Virus record (IMG/VR): IMGVR_UViG_3300046660_000488
Coordinates: 124,001 to 188,000 of that record
Reading direction: 5' to 3' (one strand)
DNA: 64,000 nt
Position numbers and translations under genes: made by a program. The notes beneath the pieces were generated by a model, which had not been told where the DNA came from, made no database searches, and saw nothing but the letters and a program-made list of their open reading frames with translations. This document shows, one piece after another, positions 54,025 through 63,546 of the stretch. Numbering within the stretch: the first letter of the stretch is position 1; each line of letters opens with the position of its first letter.

Positions 54025-54143
54025 CGTGGGCGCGCGTTCTCTTGATGCTGTTCGTCTGCCTGTCGCCGTTCTTGCTGGCGGTGGCTCTCTGGGCGATCTT
54101 TGGCGCTGACAAACTATCCAAGTGGCTGGGGCTGAAACGATGA
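54018..54143 (+). CDS. 41-aa membrane peptide
   Basis: TTG start; LLMLFVCLSPFLLAVALWAIFG. Confidence 0.4.
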   Translation: MLTWARVLLMLFVCLSPFLLAVALWAIFGADKLSKWLGLKR

Positions 54144-54409
54144 CGACCAAGATGGCCACGACCGCCGAGTTCGCCATGTTCACCTCGCCGGTCTACTGGA
54201 TCAAGGTGTCGGCGACGGCGCCTCAAACCGAAGAGCAGACCTATGATCTGTGCAAGCGCTGGATCGAGTCCCGCTGCGGCGCCAGCATCTGCTACTTCGA
54301 CGACATCGAGAAGACGTTCTATTTCGGAAGCGAAGGCGACCGGATGATCTTCCGCATGTGGCTGGCCGACAATCCGACGTTCGAAGAATGGGACGCGGAG
54401 CTTAGCTGA
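54140..54409 (+). CDS. Hypothetical protein
   Basis: FYFGSEGDRMIFRM motif. Confidence 0.6.
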   Translation: MTTKMATTAEFAMFTSPVYWIKVSATAPQTEEQTYDLCKRWIESRCGASICYFDDIEKTFYFGSEGDRMIFRMWLADNPTFEEWDAELS

Positions 54410-55008
54410 TGTCCAAGTCGTTCTTCTACAAAATCCAAGACCCGACGACCGGCCTGTACTGGGGCGGCTACAAGACGATGTGCGGCGCGAAAGTCGGCAC
54501 ACGCTTCGTCGGCATGAACGAGGTCCAATTCGTCTACGACTGGATGGAGCGACACCACGGCGGATGCCCCGCGCACTGGGAAGTGGTCTACGTCGAGATA
54601 GAAGAGCACGAGCGCCAGAGGTTGTCCGGCGACAATCTCAAGATCATCACCAGCACCAACGCCGTGAGCAAAATCCTCACCAATGCCGGGTTCCGCCGCA
54701 CGTTAGATGCTGGCATCCATTTCAAGAAACTACGGGCGAATGGTGAGCTTCACGACTGGCTGGTCATGGCCGAGCTTACCGAAGAACTGGAATATGCCCG
54801 GTCGAAACCGAAGCGCGTCAAGTTTTTCGAAGCACTGAACATCCCGTCCGAGCACTATCGTCTTGAAAGTCCGCGCGTGGTCGTGTTCAACAACCATTCG
54901 GCCGCGACGATGGCCAAGTTGGGTGATGCGGCTGGCGCGATGATCGAGATCGAATACCTCTGCAAGAGACTCGCCAGCGTGATCAACGTCGCGGTGGAAT
55001 CAGTCTGA
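54409..55008 (+). CDS. Hypothetical protein of a paralogous family
   Basis: FYKIQDPTTGLYW N-terminus. Confidence 0.6.
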   Translation: MSKSFFYKIQDPTTGLYWGGYKTMCGAKVGTRFVGMNEVQFVYDWMERHHGGCPAHWEVVYVEIEEHERQRLSGDNLKIITSTNAVSKILTNAGFRRTLDAGIHFKKLRANGELHDWLVMAELTEELEYARSKPKRVKFFEALNIPSEHYRLESPRVVVFNNHSAATMAKLGDAAGAMIEIEYLCKRLASVINVAVESV

Positions 55009-55598
55009 TGCCCGACGTCGTCACCGTTGAAGAGTACAGCCTGCTGGACGAGGCGACCGGCAACTGTCTGCGCGTGTCAAGCTTCAAGCACTCGTTCGAC
55101 AAGACCGGCACGACGTGGAAAACACGTGCCGCCGCCATGCGGACTCTGATGAATTACACAGCCCGCCGGGCGCGTGTCGATAACCCGCATCTGCCCCAGA
55201 CGCTGAAGCTGAAGAAGCGCGTGTTCACGGTCGAAGATTGTGGCTATGAGGAAGGGTTCGACCATTCCTACATCCAAGCCGTCGTCCGTACACTGGACCA
55301 ATGCGACACGCGACCGATGAAGCAAACCAAGGAACAGTTTCCCACTGAACTTGAACGCATCCTCGAAGCCATCATCACCTTCGTCCGGAAAGACAAATAC
55401 TACCACTACTGCATCGAGGCCAAGCTTCGGGCAGAAATTCCAACGATCAAAGTGCGCGGCATGCACGTCTATGACGCCGGTCTTGCTCGCGTTTATTTCA
55501 TCACCCGCGAGGAAGACTTCATCATCATGCGGATGGCGCTCGCTGGTGAAATCATCCGCTACTATGACTTCAAGGCAGAGCGGGCGGTCATCCTGTGA
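55008..55598 (+). CDS. Hypothetical protein of a paralogous family
   Basis: YSLLDEATGNC; REEDFIIMRMAL. Confidence 0.6.
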   Translation: MPDVVTVEEYSLLDEATGNCLRVSSFKHSFDKTGTTWKTRAAAMRTLMNYTARRARVDNPHLPQTLKLKKRVFTVEDCGYEEGFDHSYIQAVVRTLDQCDTRPMKQTKEQFPTELERILEAIITFVRKDKYYHYCIEAKLRAEIPTIKVRGMHVYDAGLARVYFITREEDFIIMRMALAGEIIRYYDFKAERAVIL

Positions 55599-56188
55599 TC
55601 GAGGTTCGCTGGAGGATCATCGACCCAATATCCGGCAGGTTCTGGTCCGGCGAACGGACGTCCACGACGCAGATGGACTTCAACCGCTGCGTCAAACGCT
55701 ACCTGAGCCGGGACGGTGTGATCTACAAGACCGAGGCCCATGCCACCCACGCCTACCGCCAGTACGCGGCGCTGAAACTGGTCAGCATGCCGTTCTTGCC
55801 GGACGTCCAGATCATCGAAGAACACCTCCCGGTCGAGATCGCCAAGGCGTTCGTTCCGGATATCGACATCAACACCGACCTCCATTTTCAGGAACAGGTC
55901 TTCAAGGTCCGGTTTCCAGAAGGCGGCGCGGAGGATAACCGCGACGTCCTCGCCATCGCCCGCACGGTACGTGGGCGAGAGGACCGCGAGCGGTTCCAAT
56001 TCATCGTGAAGCGAGGGTGGAAGGACGAATTCCCTGTCAACCAGATCGGCGAGCACATCGTCGTCTCAAACTCGAAGGGTGGCCGCACCATCGCCATTAC
56101 TTCCGAAGCCGATCTGTTCTTCCTGCGTTGCTCGTTAGAAGAATGTAAAGCATACGACAGAATCACCGGTCGCAAAGTACTGCCTTGA
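55595..56188 (+). CDS. Hypothetical protein of a paralogous family
   Basis: WRIIDPISGRFW; SEADLFFLRCSL. Confidence 0.6.
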   Translation: MIEVRWRIIDPISGRFWSGERTSTTQMDFNRCVKRYLSRDGVIYKTEAHATHAYRQYAALKLVSMPFLPDVQIIEEHLPVEIAKAFVPDIDINTDLHFQEQVFKVRFPEGGAEDNRDVLAIARTVRGREDRERFQFIVKRGWKDEFPVNQIGEHIVVSNSKGGRTIAITSEADLFFLRCSLEECKAYDRITGRKVLP

Positions 56189-56247
56189 CATCTGAAGTTT
56201 AGAGGGATAGTGTGCGCGCTCAGATCACTAAAGAGGAGTCCAAGCGA

Positions 56248-56409
56248 ATGCTGTTTGACGAAACCCTCGGGTCGCCGGAGCAACGGCTGGCCAACTGGCT
56301 CAAGAGCCTCGGCGACGCCGACCTCGTTGCGGCGAGCAAGAATTTCTCGCCGGGCGACATGCTGCTCGACATCCAAGGCGAAATGCGGCGGCGCGCCGTC
56401 CCCGCCTAA
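56248..56409 (+). CDS. Small hypothetical protein
   Basis: TTGACA-N17-TAGTGT promoter; GAGGAG SD. Confidence 0.5.
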   Translation: MLFDETLGSPEQRLANWLKSLGDADLVAASKNFSPGDMLLDIQGEMRRRAVPA

Positions 56410-56448
56410 TCTTATTGACGTTGGGATTTTCGTTTACTAAAAGTGGGC

Positions 56449-56946
56449 ATGGCTCGCGTAAACGAAAATCCCATCGTCCTGCCCCATTGGGCCGTCCTCG
56501 CCGCACCGGTGCTGGACATCTTCCTCTACACCATCGGCCGACCGCAGCGGATCGAAGTCCAGCAAAAGGGCGACGAACTCCGCATGTACTGCGTGGTGAG
56601 CAAGGAAGCTCTTACCAAAATGAACGGCAGTCGTGGGAAGTTTGGTTCGCAATGCGGCCATGCCTACCTGCATGCCTACTGGGACGCCGAGCGGCGTAAC
56701 CCGATCACTGCCCTGCGCTATCGCTACAGCGGCGCGGCGGCTAAGATCACGATGGTCGAAGAGACCACCGCTGGACTCATCGAGCTAAACCAACTCGCTG
56801 AAACTGATCCGGACTTGGGCGCCAGCCTGACAACGGACGCTGGCCGCACGACGTTCAAAGAGCCGACCGTCACGACACTTGGCCTTGGCCCAACCACCAA
56901 GGCCGATGCGGACTGGCTGCTCAACGGCAACTCGATGCTCACCTGA
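56449..56946 (+). CDS. pth2: Peptidyl-tRNA hydrolase, Pth2 family, with an N-terminal extension
   Basis: M..SRGKFGSQCGHA, KI, DAGRT...PTVT.LGLGP; leaderless promoter TTGACG-N17-TAAAAG-N5-ATG. Confidence 0.85.
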   Translation: MARVNENPIVLPHWAVLAAPVLDIFLYTIGRPQRIEVQQKGDELRMYCVVSKEALTKMNGSRGKFGSQCGHAYLHAYWDAERRNPITALRYRYSGAAAKITMVEETTAGLIELNQLAETDPDLGASLTTDAGRTTFKEPTVTTLGLGPTTKADADWLLNGNSMLT

Positions 56947-57269
56947 TGGACTGGCGCTCGCTCCGAGACGATCCCTACGACTGGCGGCCGTTCAAGGACG
57001 CGCCCAAGGACGGAAGCCGGATCATGGCGGGGGCCATCTTCCCAGAGGATGGTTTCAGTGTTCGCACGCCCTTCAGCGTAATCGTCCACTGGGGTTGCTC
57101 GACCCACGGCCTCCTATCCTATCGAAGTGGTGGGGTTTGCCGGTCTAAGCCAGTCGAGTCTTGCAAGTTAGGCTGGCTCGGAGAAATGGGCGAAGAGTGG
57201 ACGCCGCGCTTTGTTTGCTGGACAGACGCACCAGAACCGCCAGCCGAATTCTTCGCTTTGGAGTCTTGA
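56946..57269 (+). CDS. Hypothetical protein
   Basis: WRP..DAPKDGSRI...W...P.PP pattern. Confidence 0.55.
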   Translation: MDWRSLRDDPYDWRPFKDAPKDGSRIMAGAIFPEDGFSVRTPFSVIVHWGCSTHGLLSYRSGGVCRSKPVESCKLGWLGEMGEEWTPRFVCWTDAPEPPAEFFALES

Positions 57270-57300
57270 TTTCGTCAACCAAATAGTGTAGGTTGAAATC

Positions 57301-58761
57301 ATGACCAAAACCGTCGTCACACGCTTCGCCCCGTCGCCGACCGGCTACCTCCACATCGGAGGGGCACGCACGGCACTGTTCAACTACCTCTATGCCAAGC
57401 ATATGGGTGGCCAATTCGTGCTTCGGATCGAAGACACGGATCGCGAACGCTCGACGCCGGAATCCGTGCAGGCGATCTTCGACGGCCTGAAATGGCTGGG
57501 CATCCCGCACGACGGCGACGTCGTCTTCCAATCGGCGCGCGAGGCTCGCCACGTTGAGGCGGTGCAATACCTGCTCGACAAGGGCCGGGCCTATCGCTGC
57601 TACCTGACCAAGGACGAGCTTGAGGCCATGCGGGTCAAGGGCAAGGCCTTCCGCTCGCCGCACCGCGATGAGCCGGGCTGGGAGCCGCCGACCGATGACC
57701 GTCCGTTCGTTGTTCGTTTCAAGGGGCCGACCATCGGCCGCACGAACATCAACGACATGGTCAAGGGGAGCGAGGCCGCTGGCGTCTGGTTCGACAACTC
57801 GACGTTCGATGACCTGATCCTGCTGCGTTCAGACGGATCGCCGACCTACAACCTCGCGGTGGTGGTCGATGACCACGACATGGGTGTCACCCACGTGATC
57901 CGGGGCGACGACCATCTGAACAACGCTGGCCGTCAGACTCTGCTGTACGAAGCACTGGACTGGGAAATCCCGGTCTTCGGCCACGTGCCGCTGATCCTGA
58001 ACCCGGAAGGCAAGCCGCTGTCCAAGCGCAACGGCGACGCCGCCGTCTCCGACTATGCGGCTCTCGGCTACCTGCCGGAGGGCATGCGTAACTACCTCAC
58101 CCGTCTGGGCTGGGGTCACGGTGACGACGAAATCTTCTCGGACGCTCAGGCCATCGAGTGGTTCGACGTCGCCGATGTGGTGACTTCGCCCGCCCGCTTC
58201 GACTTCAAGAAGCTGGACGCAGTGAACCAACACTACATCAACGCGATGGATGACGTCACCCTGTCCAACATGGTGATCGACATCCTGAATTCGCGTCGCG
58301 ACGAGCCGTTGAACACCACCGCCGCCCATGCCGTGATGCGCGTTGTGCCCCTCATCAAGATGGGCACGCCGACCGTGGTGGCTCTGGCCAACGCGGCGGA
58401 TTTCGCGACGGTCCTCGACCAACCCCTGACCGACAAGGTCGCGGCGATGTTGGAGGACGACGTGGTCAAGCATCGCCTGTCGGTGCTGACCTCGGAGATC
58501 ATGCTGGCGCCGTGGAACGTTGATTCTCTGAACGAAGCCATCCGTGGCTACGTTCACGTCAACGATCTGAAGATGAAGGATGTCGGCCCGCTGCTGCGCG
58601 GTGTGCTGACCGGCCTTGATCGGGCACCGGACCTTGGCATCTGCCTTGTGGCCATCGGCCGTGAGCGTTCGCTGGCCCGTCTCAACGACGTGGTCAACCG
58701 CCTCACGTTCCCGCCGGTCAACAAGATGGATTCGCATCCAGCGGTTGACGGCCAAAACTAA
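57301..58761 (+). CDS. gltX: Glutamyl-tRNA synthetase
   Basis: VVTRFAPSPTGYLHIGGARTAL, LRIEDTD, PTYNLAVVVDD, VIRGDDH, LSKR; leaderless promoter TTGATT-N17-TAGGTT-N6-ATG. Confidence 0.97.
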   Translation: MTKTVVTRFAPSPTGYLHIGGARTALFNYLYAKHMGGQFVLRIEDTDRERSTPESVQAIFDGLKWLGIPHDGDVVFQSAREARHVEAVQYLLDKGRAYRCYLTKDELEAMRVKGKAFRSPHRDEPGWEPPTDDRPFVVRFKGPTIGRTNINDMVKGSEAAGVWFDNSTFDDLILLRSDGSPTYNLAVVVDDHDMGVTHVIRGDDHLNNAGRQTLLYEALDWEIPVFGHVPLILNPEGKPLSKRNGDAAVSDYAALGYLPEGMRNYLTRLGWGHGDDEIFSDAQAIEWFDVADVVTSPARFDFKKLDAVNQHYINAMDDVTLSNMVIDILNSRRDEPLNTTAAHAVMRVVPLIKMGTPTVVALANAADFATVLDQPLTDKVAAMLEDDVVKHRLSVLTSEIMLAPWNVDSLNEAIRGYVHVNDLKMKDVGPLLRGVLTGLDRAPDLGICLVAIGRERSLARLNDVVNRLTFPPVNKMDSHPAVDGQN

Positions 58762-58843
58762 ATCTGGCAAACCAAATAGGTCGGCCGGACCCTGATGGAC
58801 AACCCGGTCGGAACTGACCGGGTGGTTGGGGTTTAATGTTGAG

Positions 58844-58883
58844 CGGAGGCCTGTCACCCCAGTGGGACAGGCCTCCGTTTCTC
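58844..58883 (+). terminator. Terminator between convergent genes, with a second hairpin at 58802-58823
   Basis: CGGAGGCCTGTC/GACAGGCCTCCG followed by TTTCTC. Confidence 0.8.
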
Positions 58884-58884
58884 G

Positions 58885-59466
58885 TTAGTGTCGCTGGATA
58901 CGGAACAGTCCGCGATCATCAGACCCACGCATCCCCTGAGCCGCCATATCCTCAGCATCCGGGCAGAACGTGTACGGCACGTTGCCATTCCCCGCGCCAC
59001 GCTTCTGGCGGAGCGCGTCCTTGTACGTCAGGCGGCTGACATGGCCGGAGACGTGCACGTTGGTCTTCAGGTAGGGGTCGATGTTCGGCGAGAAGATCGT
59101 GTCGAACCATACGCCGCCGTCATCGGGGAAGAACACCAGATAGCCGGTGGCGATCTCCAGCATGTGGCGCTCGCCGCCCTGCAACTGCATGAACCGCGTC
59201 TCGCCGGTGTACGTCGCCATCGTGCCTTCGACGTCCTTGACCACGACATCGGCGATGTTCTTGGTGATCCGTGCCCGGACGTTTTCGAAACTCGTCTGCG
59301 TGGCGCCTTGCTTCTTCAGCATGGCGATGTGGTCTCGAACCCACTTGGGGAATCGCAGGGCTTCGATGTCGGAGGCCGTGAAGTCCATCGGGTTGGCGAG
59401 GATCGTGCCCAACACCGGTCGTTTCTTGACCTCGTACGCCAACAGGACGTTGGTGTCGCGCATCAT
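58885..59466 (-). CDS. Hypothetical protein coupled to the neck gene
   Basis: TGATG coupling. Confidence 0.6.
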   Translation of the reverse strand: MMRDTNVLLAYEVKKRPVLGTILANPMDFTASDIEALRFPKWVRDHIAMLKKQGATQTSFENVRARITKNIADVVVKDVEGTMATYTGETRFMQLQGGERHMLEIATGYLVFFPDDGGVWFDTIFSPNIDPYLKTNVHVSGHVSRLTYKDALRQKRGAGNGNVPYTFCPDAEDMAAQGMRGSDDRGLFRIQRH

Positions 59467-60560
59467 CAGAAATCGACCCCCGGCTTGCGCTTGGTGACCG
59501 CCTTGGACAGGGCTTGCTTCTGTTTCTCGACGTCACCGTTCTTGAACGTGGTGTCCTTGGTGTTGTTGAGGAAGTCCCACAGCAGACGGTGAGCCGAAGT
59601 CCACTCCTGCTCTTGGTAATTGATCTCCTGCATCTGCCAGCCCTTGTCGATGCGGCGGAAGAGGACGCTGGGCGAATAGTCGGTCCGCAGGTAGTAGTCG
59701 CCAATGTCGGCGCTTTGCGGGAAGCTGGTTCCAGCGCCCAAGGTCTCGTAGCCGTTGGGCGGCACGCCGTCGCCAGCCCAGACGAACGGGTACTCGTCGC
59801 CAAGCTCGGAGCCCGGACGAATCCAGAAATGCTGGGTCTCGAAATTGCGATGCAGGAAATTGGCCTTGGCGCTCTCGATGATCGCCTCGTTGATCCCCAG
59901 ATCGGTTCCGATGGTGGTCATGATGTCGCCAATGCTTCCCTGATCCAGACCGAACGGATCGGTGGCCTGCTTGTCGAGGATGTCTTGGAATTCCTGCGAG
60001 GCGGTCATCGGCTTGGCCTTGATCCGCCAGATGTGGGCGAACCACGTGGACGAGTAACCGTCCGTCGCCTTGTGGGCGTCGGTGATCACATAGAACTTGT
60101 TGATGGCCGGGCGCTCTTCCCAGACCGTGGGGCCGGGGATGCTGTCGTCGCGAAGGTGGGGAAGCTCGATGACGTCGCCTTCGATCAGTCGGCGGCCGAG
60201 CATCGAGAGCATGTCGTTCAGGTGGAACTCGATCATCACCGTGTCGTCCTGAATGAACATGGCGTACTGGCTCATGCTCCCTTCGAGGTCGCCGACGTTG
60301 TACGTGCCGCGAAGCTCGTAGACCGTGTCGGAATATTTGCGGTCGCGGTTCTCCAGCAGCAACGGGTCTTGGATGCTGGTGATCCCACCGTTGGCCACGG
60401 CCGCGTTGGCGATCCCGTTGGCCGTCTGGTCGTAGACACCCTCGTAGAGGTGGCAGTAGACCGCTGTCCCCGAGATATCCATGTGCTCGGAGATCAGGTT
60501 ATCGATGAATTTGTAATCGAGGTCTTTGAGACCACTATTCCACATTGAGAGGCGCGCCAT
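59466..60560 (-). CDS. Neck protein (T4 gp14-like)
   Basis: TAAATA (60571-66)-N5-ATG; DY.FID..I.E...I.G, IQD.LLLENRDRKY, LGR.LIEGDVIELPHL, W..HIWR.K..P...SQE..DIL. Confidence 0.75.
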   Translation of the reverse strand: MARLSMWNSGLKDLDYKFIDNLISEHMDISGTAVYCHLYEGVYDQTANGIANAAVANGGITSIQDPLLLENRDRKYSDTVYELRGTYNVGDLEGSMSQYAMFIQDDTVMIEFHLNDMLSMLGRRLIEGDVIELPHLRDDSIPGPTVWEERPAINKFYVITDAHKATDGYSSTWFAHIWRIKAKPMTASQEFQDILDKQATDPFGLDQGSIGDIMTTIGTDLGINEAIIESAKANFLHRNFETQHFWIRPGSELGDEYPFVWAGDGVPPNGYETLGAGTSFPQSADIGDYYLRTDYSPSVLFRRIDKGWQMQEINYQEQEWTSAHRLLWDFLNNTKDTTFKNGDVEKQKQALSKAVTKRKPGVDF

Positions 60561-60568
60561 GCCTCTAT

Positions 60569-61087
60569 TTAGGTGGCCAGCATCCCATTAAACGGACTTC
60601 CCGTCAGGTCGATGATGATGTCCGGTCGTGGCGTCAGCCCGGTGCTGCGGCCGGTGTTCCAGTCGCGCACGATCTCATGAACGCTGGAGCACCACTGGCC
60701 ATCGGCTTGGACCGCGTTGGTGAAGACAATCTCCACCCGGTCAGCCCGCTTGTCCACGGCCAGAACACCGTCTTCGGTAGGTCTGGCGACCCATCCCTCA
60801 CCAGTCCAGCAGTAGTGGCAGACGCCCCATTGCTTGAACATGACGCGCATGGTGTCACAAAATCGGTCTCTGGATACAGCGTCAGGGAAATCGGTGAACA
60901 GTTGGAAAGTGTCGCCATTCCGACATACGACGAACAGCATAGGTCTCATCTGAGCCTGAACTTCGCAGGTGCTGAAGAAACCTTGGTGCATCTTGACGAC
61001 AGTGTCGTGCAAGGCGCGGTAATCCTTCATATCGTTAGGTATAGGCTTCACTGGCCCTATCCCAATATGGGAGAATTTCCGTTCCAT
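60569..61087 (-). CDS. Hypothetical protein
   Basis: AT-richer ORF; EGW...RVEIV. Confidence 0.5.
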   Translation of the reverse strand: MERKFSHIGIGPVKPIPNDMKDYRALHDTVVKMHQGFFSTCEVQAQMRPMLFVVCRNGDTFQLFTDFPDAVSRDRFCDTMRVMFKQWGVCHYCWTGEGWVARPTEDGVLAVDKRADRVEIVFTNAVQADGQWCSSVHEIVRDWNTGRSTGLTPRPDIIIDLTGSPFNGMLAT

Positions 61088-61211
61088 CGACAGTCATCCA
61101 AAATCATTAACTGTCATTTACCCCGAAAAGTTGTGGTGGTCAACCCGGTAAATTGTCACACGAAGCGTTCGAACACACATTTTGTCTTGCCAACCTTTCA
61201 TAGTTAACGCT

Positions 61212-61255
61212 GGATATTTCAACCCCTCTAAATATCCGGTGTAAACAAGAGGGTT
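61212..61255 (+). promoter_or_regulatory. Late promoter with an upstream anti-SD, inside an inverted repeat
   Basis: GGATATTT/AAATATCC; AACCCCTC (61221-28)-TAAATA (61229-34) ... GAGGGTT (61249-55). Confidence 0.6.
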
Positions 61256-61259
61256 CACC

Positions 61260-61976
61260 ATGACCAACATCGTCATTCTAACCGGAGCGGGCATTAGCGC
61301 CGAATCCGGCATCCAAACGTTCCGCGACAGCAATGGCCTGTGGAACAATCACCGCGTCGAGGACGTCGCCACGCCGGAGGGTTTCAAGAACAACCCGCGC
61401 CTCGTGAACGATTTCTACAACGTCCGCCGGGCGGAACTTAAGACGGTCGAGCCCAACGACGGTCACCGGGCGCTGGCGAAGCTGGAAGAGGCGTGGAAGG
61501 ACATCGGCGGCTTCCTGCTGATCACCCAGAACGTGGATGACCTGCACGAGCGCGCCGGATCGAAGAACATCGCTCACATGCACGGCGAGCTTCGCGGCAT
61601 CCGTTGCACCGGCGAGGACTGCCGCAACCACGGCTACACCGACGACAACATCGGCATCGACACCCTGTGCGAAGACTGCGGCTCACCCATGCGGCCCGAC
61701 GTCGTCTGGTTTGGCGAGTTCCCCAAGTACCTGTCCCAGATCGACCGGGTGCTCGACAACACCGACATCCTGATCGTGATCGGAACGTCCGGGCAGGTCA
61801 TGCCCGCCAGCCTGTTCCCGACCGCAGTGCGACACATGAACCCCAAGGCCAACATCATCGAGGTCAACCCCGACCCGACGCGGGCGGCGGCGTTCAACTA
61901 CATCGTGGAAGGCGCTGCGGCGGTGGTTCTACCCGTGCTGGTGGACAACCTAATCGAACAGTGCAAGCCACGCTAA
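61260..61976 (+). CDS. cobB: Sirtuin, CobB/Sir2 NAD-dependent deacylase
   Basis: GAGISAESGIQTFR, TQNVDDLHERAG, HMHG, Zn-binding Cys residues, RPDVVWFGE, IGTSG.V.PA. Confidence 0.95.
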   Translation: MTNIVILTGAGISAESGIQTFRDSNGLWNNHRVEDVATPEGFKNNPRLVNDFYNVRRAELKTVEPNDGHRALAKLEEAWKDIGGFLLITQNVDDLHERAGSKNIAHMHGELRGIRCTGEDCRNHGYTDDNIGIDTLCEDCGSPMRPDVVWFGEFPKYLSQIDRVLDNTDILIVIGTSGQVMPASLFPTAVRHMNPKANIIEVNPDPTRAAAFNYIVEGAAAVVLPVLVDNLIEQCKPR

Positions 61977-62003
61977 ATATTGGAAACAACGAGGTTTCCA
62001 ATG
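61974..62003 (+). promoter_or_regulatory. Late promoter with a hairpin covering the SD and ATG
   Basis: TAAATA at 61974-79; TTGGAAAC/GTTTCCAA(tg). Confidence 0.75.
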
Positions 62004-62762
62004 GTCGCCCAGACTCCCCGCGATTTGATGATCAAAGACATTCGCATCGCACTTGGCGGCACGATTGTCCGCGTCGAACTTGAACGCGAAGAATACGATT
62101 ACTGCATCAACGTAGCGTTGGATCGCTACCGCCTGCGGTCCGGTAACGCCGTCGAGGAAAGCTTCACGTTCCTCGACGTTCAGCCGGACACGTCCTTCTA
62201 CAAACTGCCTGAAGAGATTCAGGAAGTGCGTGAGGTCTATCGTCGTATCAACGGCAACAGCGGCGGCGCCACCATCGACCCGTTCTCGCTGGCCATGACG
62301 CAGAACATCTACATGATCCAGAACCCCGGCGGACTCGGCGGCGGCGGCTCGGGCCAACTGGCGACCTACGATTTCGCCATGCAGTATCAGAAGCTGGTCG
62401 GCCGCATGTTTGGCCGAGACCTGACCTTCACGTGGAATGCCTCGACGAAGATGATCAACTTCCACCGCCAGTTCAACGCGGTCGAGCAGGTCGGCCTGCA
62501 CGTCTACAACGCCAAGCCGGAAAGCATCCTGCTGGTCGATGTCTACGCCAAGCCGTGGCTGCGTTCCTACGCCATCGCTCAGGCCAAGTACCTTCTGGGT
62601 CAGGCCCGTAGCAAGTTCGGTAGCTTCGCTGGTCCGCAAGGCGGCATCACCCTGAACGGCGACGCCCTGAAGTCCGAGGCTCAAGCCGAAATGGACAAGC
62701 TGGAAGAAGAGGTCAAGAACCTGATCGACCAGAACATGGGCTACGGCTTCACCATCGGATAA
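62001..62762 (+). CDS. Neck protein (T4 gp13-like)
   Basis: I...LGG..V.VEL..E.Y, Y.LP.E...V, W...Y..A..K..LGQAR.KF....GPQGG..LNG..LK.EA. Confidence 0.82.
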   Translation: MVAQTPRDLMIKDIRIALGGTIVRVELEREEYDYCINVALDRYRLRSGNAVEESFTFLDVQPDTSFYKLPEEIQEVREVYRRINGNSGGATIDPFSLAMTQNIYMIQNPGGLGGGGSGQLATYDFAMQYQKLVGRMFGRDLTFTWNASTKMINFHRQFNAVEQVGLHVYNAKPESILLVDVYAKPWLRSYAIAQAKYLLGQARSKFGSFAGPQGGITLNGDALKSEAQAEMDKLEEEVKNLIDQNMGYGFTIG

Positions 62763-62764
62763 TA

Positions 62765-62804
62765 TTGTTGTCCATGCTCCGGTACTGTTATGCTGGAGCA
62801 TGGA
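62765..62804 (+). promoter_or_regulatory. Sigma70-like promoter inside a perfect 10-bp hairpin covering the ATG
   Basis: TCCATGCTCC/GGAGCATGGA; TATGCT-N5-ATG. Confidence 0.65.
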
Positions 62805-63546
62805 CGACAAACATCACCAACTCAAAAAAGACCTCGCAATGCTGGAAGCCATCGACCGCCAATCGTGGTCGCCGGGTCAGCACGCCAAGGACATCGCCCG
62901 GCGGGCTGGTGAGGCGTTCCATGGGAGTCTCGCGGCGCTCGGGGCCACGACCAACCGCCGGACGCTGGACACAGGCTTCCAGCACGAAGAAGACCTGTTT
63001 CGTCCGGAGAACATCGACCACGTCGTCTACAGCGTCGTCCGGAACATCGAAGGCGAGTTGAGCGCAGGGATCAGCAACTACCTGCAACGCCTGCCAGCCA
63101 AGACCGTCTACGACTGCACCACCACCATGGGCATGGACAAATTCGTCGATGATCTCACGGTGATTCTCGCTGGCGCGCCCGGCGGGACCGTCGCGCTGAT
63201 CAGCAATGACGTCTACAACGTGGTGCGGACCGCGCGGAAAACGAAATTCGTTTACGAGCCCATGCAGACGGACCAAGTCATCGCCAAGGTCGGGACCATC
63301 CTGAACCGGGGCATTTTCCTCGACCTCAACGCCAAGCGCAACACGCCCGCGTACATCTGCTATCCGGGCTGGATCATGGCGCCGCCAAGAGACCATCTGG
63401 TCGAGTACACCGGCTTGAAGCAATTTGGTCTCGTCGGCCCGGCATGCCACACCTTCGACACCAATTACGCGCCGTCGTTCCACCTCAGCCGCATCACACC
63501 GCTGGGCGTCGAGTTCGATTCACCGAGCGACATCCCGTTCGCCTAA
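62800..63546 (+). CDS. Truncated, degenerate major-capsid-protein (gp23)-like paralog
   Basis: GAPGGTVALISNDVYNVV and KVGTILNRGIFLDLNAKRNTPAYICYPG resemble the recalled gp23 segments GRGEGNFIIASRNVVNVL and FAGVLGGKYRVYIDQYAKQDYFTVGYKG. Confidence 0.45.
   Translation: MDDKHHQLKKDLAMLEAIDRQSWSPGQHAKDIARRAGEAFHGSLAALGATTNRRTLDTGFQHEEDLFRPENIDHVVYSVVRNIEGELSAGISNYLQRLPAKTVYDCTTTMGMDKFVDDLTVILAGAPGGTVALISNDVYNVVRTARKTKFVYEPMQTDQVIAKVGTILNRGIFLDLNAKRNTPAYICYPGWIMAPPRDHLVEYTGLKQFGLVGPACHTFDTNYAPSFHLSRITPLGVEFDSPSDIPFA

Noticed and set aside
61107-61121. CtrA box TTAA-N7-TTAC
   Set aside because: A single imperfect match in an AT-rich spacer; insufficient support.
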